The notes under the pieces were generated by a model. That model did not search any database, had not been told where the DNA came from, and saw nothing but the letters and a program-made list of their open reading frames with translations. DNA of 64,000 bases. Origin: Octopus sinensis (lineage: Eukaryota). The first letter of the stretch is position 1. Every line of letters starts with the position of its first letter. The DNA lies in NCBI RefSeq assembly GCF_006345805.1, contig NC_043025.1, positions 10,230,001-10,294,000 on the forward strand. The letters are read 5' to 3'. Shown here in pieces: positions 13,901 through 24,400 of this stretch. Position numbers and translations under genes: made by a program.

Positions 13901-15204
13901 ATGGAATTTGTATCTTAAAGCATGGGTTGGACGGTTCGACCGGGGATCTGGGAAGCCAGAAGGCTTCATCAGGCCCAGTCTGATCTGGCAGTGTTTCTAC
14001 AGCTGGATGCCCTTCCTAATGCCAACCACTCCGTGAGTGTAGTGGGTGCTTTTTACGTGCCACCTGCACAAGTGCCAGGCGAGGCTGGCAATGGTCACGA
14101 TCGGTTGGTGCATTTTACATGCCACCGGCACGGAAGCCACTCAAGGCGGCGCTGGCATCGGCCACTATTCGGATATGCACGCACATGCATAATTAGTTAC
14201 TTATAAACTAAATCTCCTTTTTATGTGTTCCAGAATTTGAAATTGTCCAGAATGCCATGTTCACTGACCCTGATGACCAAAGTGCCTGGTTTTACCACAG
14301 ATGGTTACTGGGAAGAGGTAAGATACCAGAAACATACCATCCTAAAGCATTTCCCACTCTCTCACTTACCATTCCTTACTTTGAACCAGCTTAAGAACAT
14401 TCTTAAACACTTTCTTTACGCATTCTTTTCTTTTTTAATACTAAAGCCATTTCAATACCCATTGCCATGATTCAAAGATGTGTGTATGTATATATATATA
14501 CTCTTTTTACTCTCTCTTTTACTTGTTTCAGTCATTTGACTGCGGCCATGCTGGAGCACCACCTTTAGTCGAGCAAATCGACCCCAGGACTTATTCTTTG
14601 TATAAGCCCAGTACTTATTCTATCGATTGTCAAGCAATGCTAGGGGGACAAACACAGACACACAAACACACACATACATATATATATATATACATATATA
14701 CGACAGGCTTCTTTCAGTTTCCGTCTACCAAATCCACTCACAAGGCATTGATCGGCCCGGGGCTATGGCAGAAGACACTTGCCCAAGATGCCACGCAGTG
14801 GGACTGAACCTGGAACCATGTGGTTGGTTAGCAAGCTACTTACCACACAGCCACTCCTGCGCCTATATATATAAAATTAGAAAAAAAAACACCTTTTATC
14901 AATTCAAAATGAACTATTAAATTACACCATCTAGAAAATTACATATAATAGAAATATTAAAATTAAAATAACAATAAAATACCAATAATTAAGTAATTTG
15001 CAAAAAAATAATAAAGACGTGTATAATTATACATTTTTATTATATTTTTTTTTTTGCAATCTACTTAATCATTGGTATTTTATTGTTATTTTAATTTTAA
15101 TATTTCTATTATATGTAATTTTCTAGATGGTGTAATTTAATTGTTCCTTTTGAATTGATAAAAGGTGGGTTTTTTTCTAATTTTTTATATATATTATGTA
15201 TGAA

Positions 15205-15247
<43 letters not shown>

Positions 15248-15426
15248 AATTTTTTTCTCTCCTTGTTTCTCTCCGTGTTTCTTTTCTGTGTATCTTTCTG
15301 TTGAAGAGCGTAGGCTTGAAATGTAAAAGACTTATTCTATTTCTATTCCTGAGCGCCATACTAATACAATTGTTTGTTTGTACTCCACCTGCCTTCGTCT
15401 TTTGTTTATTTTCGTAAACCTTCCCG

Positions 15427-15481
<55 letters not shown>

Positions 15482-18400
15482 TCAGGAAGAGAGAGTCTTA
15501 TCACATCTATCTCTATATGTATGTCTGTCAGTCAGTTTTTCAGTCTAATCCATCTATCACTATTAATTTATCTCTCTACTTGTAGGAAGGGTTGAACCTG
15601 ACTTCCTCCAGGTCATTGCCTCCCGAGCCACGAAGACCCTCACCATCAGTGTCACCAAACCAATCCATCCCGTAAGTTCTTTCGTCACACACATATAGAA
15701 ACCGAGCCAGATCAGACTGGAACCTGATGCTACTCTGCAGCTTGCCAGCTTTCATCAAACCGTCCGACTCATGCCAGCATGGACAACAGGCATTAAATAA
15801 GGATGATGATGATATATCGTCATCATCATTAAATTCTCTTGTTCCTGGCATGGTTTGAGACAGTTTAACATAATCCAAAGACATATGTGGAGGCACATGG
15901 CCTATTGGTTAGAGCAGCGGACTCGCGGTCGAGGGAATCGCGGGTTCGAATTTTTATATCATGATTATTTATTTTTAGCGCCGCCCCAACTGGCTTCCGT
16001 ACCAGTGGCACGTAAAAAGCACCAACCGATCGTGGCCATTGCCAGCCTCGCCTGGCACCTGTGCTGGTGGCACATAAAAAGCACCAACCGATCGTGGCCA
16101 TTGCCAGCCTCACCTGGCCCCCGTGCCGGTGGCACGTAAAAAGCACCATCTGATTGTGGCCGTTGCCAGCCTCGCCTGGCACCTGTGCGGGTGGCACGTA
16201 AAAATCACCCACTACACTCACGGAGTGGTTGGCATTTAGGAAGGGCATCCAGCTGTAGAAACCCTGCCAGATTTGACTGGGCCTGGTGCATCCTCCTGGC
16301 TTCTCAGACCCCAGTTGAACCGTCCAACCCATGCTAGCATGGAAAGCGGACGCTAAACGATGATGATGATGAATGACATTGTAGAGTAGATATGAGGGGC
16401 CAGATTTGGCTGGTCTGAACATGAAACGGGTTGAATATTTGGGCCAGATATGACCAGTTTAAATGCTAAATGGTTAAAACAAGGGCTGGTTCACATGACA
16501 TTTGGGCATGTCTACACCCACTAGTTGGCCTACGTGATACATATCTAAGGACCAGCTCTCATCCAAGTCCTGTATGCCTTAATAACAGAACCCTTTTTTT
16601 GCTGTCTAATCTATAACTGGAACTCTTGAAATGTACTTTGGGCCACAGCAAAACCAAGAAGTAGCTATGATTCATGGGTCACTGCATGTTCCTTAAACTC
16701 CTGAACCTGCATGAGATGCAGTTTGGTGTCTTACTCATGACCATTCACACACACATACACACACACTCACTCACTCACTCACTCACTCACTCACTCACTC
16801 ACTCACTCACATACACACACACACATACACACTCACTCACATATACACACACTCACTCACTCACATACACACACGCACTCACTCACTCACTCACATACAC
16901 ACACACACACTCACATACACACACTCACTCACACACACACTCTCACTCACTCACATACACTCACTCACTCACATACACTCACACACACACACACACACAT
17001 GCATTCATAAACCTTTCAACTATTTGTGTTCTTGTTTTGTTTTGTTTCATTATTTTCACTATTTTCACTTTCACTTTCGTTTTCTCTCTGTTCCAGCTGG
17101 AAAGTTGTGAGAAGGTGGAAGTGTCCATCAATGACACCCCTGTTACTGCTTCCTCTTCAAAGTGGCACAACCCATTCCACAACGACTACTATTCCCCAGT
17201 ATGGATATCCTTTTGCTGAACTTCTACTATTAATTATACTAATAATAATAATTGTTGCAAATTTTAGCACAAGGCCAGCAATTTTGTAAGAGGGTTAGTC
17301 GATTATATCAACCCCAGTACTTAACTGGTGTTTATTTTATCAATCTCGAAAAGCTGAAAGGCAGTCATCCTCAGCAGAGTCAGAAGAAATGCTACTAAGC
17401 ATTTTGTCTGATACTAATGATTCTGTCAGCTCACCACAATGATGATGATCCTTGGCCACGATTATAATTTCACTTAGCTTGACGAGTCTTCTCAAGAGCA
17501 GCGTATCACCAAAGATCTCGGTGACTTGTCATCACCTCCATAAGGCCCAACATGCTTCACCACCTGTCACAGGTGTGAGGGGCTAAGTCTGGCCAGTTTG
17601 AACGTAAGACAGTGTGCCATTTGTTCTTATAAAATTGCTTATAAAATTTGCTTTCATCTACTGGTTCCATTCAGGTGTCATGGACTTCAAATACATCGGC
17701 GATGCTTCGGTATATGTACACATGTGACTTTGTTTACATTTCTGAAGATAACAGAAACCCTTTTCTCCTAACCCTAACTCTAACACAAACCCTAACCCCC
17801 CATATATAAAAAAACCCACTTTTTTGAAATGTATCTGGTACTTCCACCAGTACATATACCGAAGGTTCGCCAATACATCTAACATTCTTTCCTTGACTCT
17901 CAGTAAATTCTTCCTCTACCTAAAGAGTTCTTGTCGGAAACTTCCCTGGACATCACGGTTAAACTTTACGCTGAATCGACGACCCTAGCAAGCTGTACCC
18001 TTTCGCTGAAAGAATCAACGGACCGTATCTGCTATCGTTCTAATAACCTGACACCAGACACAATTTTCAAGTTAGTTTTAGTTTTTATCCTTTACTTGTT
18101 TCATTTGTTCGACTGCTGCCATGCTGGAGCACTGACCTGGCCCCAGTACTTATTATTTTCAAGTTTACCACTTATTCTGTTAATCTTTTTTGCTGAACTG
18201 CCAAGTTACAGGTATATAGACAAAGCACCAGCAGTAGAGGGACACACACACATACACATTATTATATATATATATATATATATATAAAGTATGACACACT
18301 GATACATAAAATTTGTTTTGCCATTTATTATATATATCTGTCTGCCTATCTATCTATCTATCTATCTGTCTGCCTATCTATCTTTCTATCCGACTGTTTG

Positions 18401-21400
18401 TTTACCTATCTGTTTATTTATCTATTTCATTATCTATCTATCTCTCCATCTGTCTCTGTGTACCTTGCTGTATTTTTCAGCTCAGAACTTAGTGCTGCCA
18501 AGACTGCCATTTTAGCAAAAGAGTTGGAAGCCATTCAGGAACTTCTGCAACTGGAGACTGAGAACAAATGTTAGTGGTGTTACTCACATGTTGTTGTTAG
18601 TGTTGTTGTTCATGTTATTGTTACTGCTAACTTAGGGCTAAGCAACAATTACAAGAGCGGATATGTTAAATAATGTAGTCCTAGATACATAGCATCTGAA
18701 TAAAATGTAGGGTGGTCATCACTGGAACATCTATGATCATAGGTCTGCTAGATTAGGAACAATCTGGGGTTAAACAACAAGAAAAGAGATGTTAAATAAT
18801 GTAGTCCTAGATACATAGCATCTGAATAAAATGTAGGGTGGTCATCACTGGAACATCTATGATCATAGGTCTGCTAGATTAGGAACAATCTGGGGTTAAA
18901 CAACAAGAAAAGAGATGTTAAATAATGTAGTCCTAGATACATAGCATCTGAATAAAATGTAGGGTGGTCATCACTGGAACATCTATGATCATAGGTCTGC
19001 TAGATTAGGAACAATCTGGGGTTAAACAACAAGAAAAGAGATGTTAAATAATGTAGTCCTAGATACATAGCATCTGAATAAAATGTAGGGTGGTCATCAC
19101 TGGAACATCTATGATCATAGGTCTGCTAGATTAGGAACAATCTGGGGTTAAACAACAAGAAAAGAGATGTTAAATAATGTAGTCCTAGATACATAGCATC
19201 TGAATAAAATGTAGGGTGGTCATCACTGGAACATCTATGATCATAGGTCTGCTAGATTAGGAACAATCTGGGGTTAAACAACAAGAAAAGAGATGTTAAA
19301 TAATGTAGTCCTAGATACATAGCATCTGAATAAAATGTAGGGTGGTCATCACTGGAACATCTATGATCATAGGTCTGCTAGATTAGGAACAATCTGGGGT
19401 TAAACAACAAGAAAAGAGATGTTAAATAATGTAGTCCTAGATACATAGCATCTGAATAAAATGTAGGGTGGTCATCACTGGAACATCTATGATCATAGGT
19501 CTGCTAGATTAGGAACAATCTGGGGTTAAACAACAAGAAAAGAGATGTTAAATAATGTAGTCCTCATGCCTGAATGACATGATGGTCACAGCTGGAACAC
19601 CTTTGACCATATTCTGTTAGATCAGAACTGACTTGGGGTTAAACAACAACAAAAAGGATGGACACATGAAACACTGTAGTCCTAGATATGTTATGACTGG
19701 ATAAAAGATAGGATGGTTATAGATATGTCATCATCATCGTTTAACGTCCGCTTTCCATGCTGGCATGGGTTGGACGGTTCGACCAGGGTCTGGGAAGCCA
19801 GAAGGCTCCACCAGACTCCAGTCTTATCTGGCAGTGTTTCTACAGCTGGATGCCCTTCCTAACGCCAACCACTCCGTGAGTGTAGTGGATGCTTTTTACG
19901 TACCACCGGTACAGGTGCCAGGGGGGGCTGGCAAACGGCCACGATCGGTTGGTGCTTTTTATGTGCCACCAGCACAGAAGCTAGTCAATATCATCATCAT
20001 CATCGTTTAACGTCCGCTTTCCATGCTGGCATGGGTTGGACGGTTCGACCAGGGTCTGGGAAGCCAGAAGGCTGCACCAGACTCCAGTCTGATCTGTCAG
20101 TGTTTCTACAGCTGGATGCCCTTCCTAACGCCAACCACTCCGTGAGTGTAGTGGGTGCTTTTTACGTACCACCGGTACAGGTGCCAGGGGAGGCTGGCAG
20201 CTGCCACGATCGGTTGGTGCTTTTTATGTGCCACCAGCACAGAAGCTAGTCAATATCATCATCATCATCGTTTAACGTCCACTTTCCATGCTGGCATGGG
20301 TTGGACAGTTCAACTGGGGTCTGGGAAGCCAGAAGGCTGCACCAGACTCCAGTCTGATCTGTCAGTGTTTCTACAGCTGGATGCCCTTCCTAACGCCAAC
20401 CACTCCGTGAGTGTAGTGGGTGCTTTTTACGTACCACCGGTACAGGTGCCAGGGGAGGCTGGCAGCTGCCACGATCGGTTGGTGCTTTTTATGTGCCACC
20501 AGCACAGAAGCTAGTCAATATCATCATCATCATCGTTTAACGTCCGCTTTCCATGCTGGCATGGGTTGGACAGTTCAACTGGGGTCTGGGAAGCCAGAAG
20601 GCTGCACCAGACTCCAGTCTGATCTGTCAGTGTTTCTACAGCTGGATGCCCTTCCTAACGCCAACCACTCCGTGAGTGTAGTGGGTGCTTTTTACGTACC
20701 ACCGGTACAGGTGCCAGGGGAGGCTGGCAGCTGCCACGATCGGTTGGTGCTTTTTATGTGCCACCAGCACAGAAGCTAGTCAATATCATCATCATCATCG
20801 TTTAACGTCCGCTTTCCATGCTGGCATGGGTTGGACAGTTCAACTGGGGTCTGGGAAGCCAGAAGGCTGCACCAGACTCCAGTCTGATCTGTCAGTGTTT
20901 CTACAGCTGGATGCCCTTCCTAACGCCAACCACTCCGTGAGTGTAGTGGGTGCTTTTTACGTACCACCGGTACAGGTGCCAGGGGAGGCTGGCTGGCAGC
21001 GGCCACGATCGGTTGGTGCTTTTTACGTGCCACCGACACAGAAGCCAGTCAATGTATGAAATAAAAATTTTAAAAATTGAAAAGAAAAACTTTCTAAACC
21101 TGTTCTCTTTATTTACCTTCCAGGGGCCATGTTGACTGTTGTGCAGTTGATGCAAGCATTGAATTCACAGCGCTATAGTGCAGACATAAATAACTATCTA
21201 AACACACTGAGCCAGATTGACCCCAAACGAGACAATTACTACAAGGACTACAGTAAGTTTATCCCAATCTTAGTAAATTGAGGGTCACACCTGTGGGGTA
21301 GGAGTGTGGCCCATCCCTCCTTCAATTTCTTTTAATTTTGTCTTTCAATTTTTGTTGTTTTTTTCTTTGTGTTGTTCAGTTTTTTGTTTTTGTTTTTTTA

Positions 21401-24400
21401 GGCAAGCTGGCATTGGTATAGCTGTGGGTTTAAGAAATACATACATACATATATATATATATATATGTGTGTGGAGGCGCAATGGCCCAGTGGTTAGGGC
21501 AGCGGACTCGTGGTCGTAGGATCGCGGTTTCGATTCCCAGACCGGGCGTTGTGAGTGTTTATTGAGCGAAAACACCTAAAAGCTCCACGAGGCTCCAGCA
21601 GGGGGTGGTGATCCCTGCTGTACTCTTTCACCACTCTTTCTTAAGAAATACATACATACATATATATATATATATGTGTGTGGAGGCGCAATGGCCCAGT
21701 GGTTAGGGCAGCGGACTCGTGGTCGTAGGATCGCGGTTTCGATTCCCAGACCGGGCGTTGTGAGTGTTTATTGAGCGAAAACACCTAAAAGCTCCACGAG
21801 GCTCCAGCAGGGGGTGGTGATCCCTGCTGTACTCTTTCACCACTCTTTCTTAAGAAATACATACATACATATATATATATATATATGTGTGTGTGGAGGC
21901 GCAATGGCCCAGTGGTTAGGGCAGCGGACTCGTGGTCGTAGGATCGCGGTTTCGATTCCCAGACCGGGCGTTGTGAGTGTTTATTGAGCGAAAACACCTA
22001 AAAGCTCCACGAGGCTCCAGCAGGGGGTGGTGATCCCTGCTGTACTCTTTCACCACTCTTTCTTAAGAAATACATACATACATATATATATATATATGTG
22101 TGTGGAGGCGCAATGGCCCAGTGGTTAGGGCAGCGGACTCGTGGTCGTAGGATCGCGGTTTCGATTCCCAGACCGGGCGTTGTGAGTGTTTATTGAGCGA
22201 AAACACCTAAAGCTCCACGAGGCTCCAGCAGGGGGTGGTGATCCCTGCTGTACTCTTTCACCACTCTTTCTTAAGAAATACATACATACATATATATATA
22301 TATATGTGTGTGGAGGCGCAATGGCCCAGTGGTTAGGGCAGCGGACTCGTGGTCGTAGGATCGCGGTTTCGATTCCCAGACCGGGCGTTGTGAGTGTTTA
22401 TTGAGCGAAAACACCTAAAAGCTCCACGAGGCTCCAGCAGGGGGTGGTGATCCCTGCTGTACTCTTTCACCACTCTTTCTTAAGAAATACATACATACAT
22501 ATATATATATATATGTGTGTGGAGGCGCAATGGCCCAGTGGTTAGGGCAGCGGACTCGTGGTCGTAGGATCGCGGTTTCGATTCCCAGACCGGGCGTTGT
22601 GAGTGTTTATTGAGCGAAAACACCTAAAAGCTCCACGAGGCTCCAGCAGGGGGTGGTGATCCCTGCTGTACTCTTTCACCACTCTTTCTTCTGTTGGCCT
22701 GCTCGCTTAGCCAGCGGGATGGCGTCATTCGAAGGCTAAAACAATGCGAATGCATTGTGACCAGCGATATGTAACAACATCTGATGGTCTGGTCGGTCAC
22801 GTGATATATCTATATAATCAGCAGCAGCAGATTTTGATGATGTCCATCATCATCATTTAGCATCTACTTTCCATGCTGGCATGGGTTAGATGGTTTGACT
22901 GGAACTGCTAGGCTGGAGAGCTGCACCAAGTTCCAGTCTGATTTAACATGGTTTCTACAGCCAGATGCCCTTCCTGACACCAACCACTCCAAATGTGTAA
23001 TGGCTGCTTTTTCTGTGCGACCAGCATAAGTACCAGTTACGTGACACTGGCATCAGTCTTCTCAAGCACACCATTTTGCCAAAGGTTTATCACTTGTCAT
23101 CACCTCTTTGAGGCCCATCTTTGAAAGAACTTTTCTTCATCCATTTCCTTCCAGTCATTCAAAATGTGACCACGTGTGTACCGTTGGCGATTTTTTATTC
23201 CTCTGTCTTCCCTTCTCTCAATCTTTCCGTCTCCTATGTTTCCGACGAAGAGCTCCGCTCGAAACCTTAAACCCACCTTCTTCCCTTCCTTCCTGAGCAT
23301 CCAATAATACTATATTTGTTCCACGTCCTCACATTGTTGTGTTTTCATGTTTGGATTAACTTTATATTTATATATATATATATCACATTACATGACTGAC
23401 CAGGCTATCAGATGTTGCTACACATCGCTGGTCACAATGCGCTTTAAATTATTTTTTTAGCCTTCAAATGACGCCACCCCGCTGGCTAAGCGAGCAGACC
23501 AACAGAAGAAAGAGTGAGAGAAAGTTGTGGCGAAAGAGTACAGCAGGGATCACCACCATCCCCTGCCGGAGCCTCATGGAGCTTTAGGTGTTTTTGCTCA
23601 ATAAACACTCACAACACCCGGTCTGGGAATCGAAACCACGATCCTATGGTCGCGAGTCCGCTACCCTAACCACTGGGCCATTGCGCCTCCACTTCTGAGT
23701 ACAGCAGGGATCGCCACCACCCCCTGCTGGAGCCACGTGGGGCTTTAGGTGTTTTCGGTCAATAAACACTCACAACGCCCGGTCTGGGAATCGAAACCGC
23801 AATCCTACGACCGCGAGTGCACTACCCTAACCACTGGGCCATTGTGCCTCCACATATATATATGGATGTGTGTGTGTTTGTGTATGTTTCCCCCGCACCC
23901 CCTCATTTTAATATATGTTCACTGGTTGTAAATAATGACCTTCTGAGCAAACACTCTTGCTTGCTTGCAATCTGCAGCAAAAACATGTCCAGGCTTGTCA
24001 ACATGTTGCATGATCTTTGTAAACAAAAGCCTCATTTGTCCAGTGATGTTTGTTCCCAGTTCTTTGCATGTACATTACGTTCTGAGTTTAAATGCCACTG
24101 AGATCAACTTTGCCTCTTCGTCCTTTTGAGGTAAAATAAGTACCAGCTGAACGCTGGGGGGTCAATGCAATCGACTTACCTCCTTGCCTGAACTTTCTGG
24201 TTTTGTATCAAAATTTGAAATTATTACGTTTATATATTTGTTGTGCAAGATTTTTTATGTGAAGTCGTGTGTTGAAACAGATATTGTTATATTTCGGAAT
24301 GGTCATTTTGCCAGTTTAGCCAATAAATTATTATTATTATTATTCAATAGTCCTATTTTTATCATATGCTTTCACTGCACTACACAGTTCTGTGTACTAT

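Noticed and set aside
16590-16740. Candidate RABGGTA exon 7 near 16.6 kb
   Set aside because: All frames after plausible acceptors hit stops. Exon 15586-15671 has the right phases and homology.
17199-17204. GT donor CCA|GTATGG as a U2 alternative for intron 8
   Set aside because: It would drop the conserved VW and, with the CAG at 17903, place TAA in frame. The adjacent ATATCCTTT plus the U12 branch site fit far better.
19765-21059. Repeated ORFs MGWTV...[23 protein letters not shown]
   Set aside because: Incidental frames in SINE S3, recurring wherever the SINE occurs.
21470-21545. tRNA-like sequences (also at 9437, 40008 and others)
   Set aside because: They are SINE heads. They continue into conserved SINE bodies, occur in many dispersed copies and lack a complete cloverleaf.
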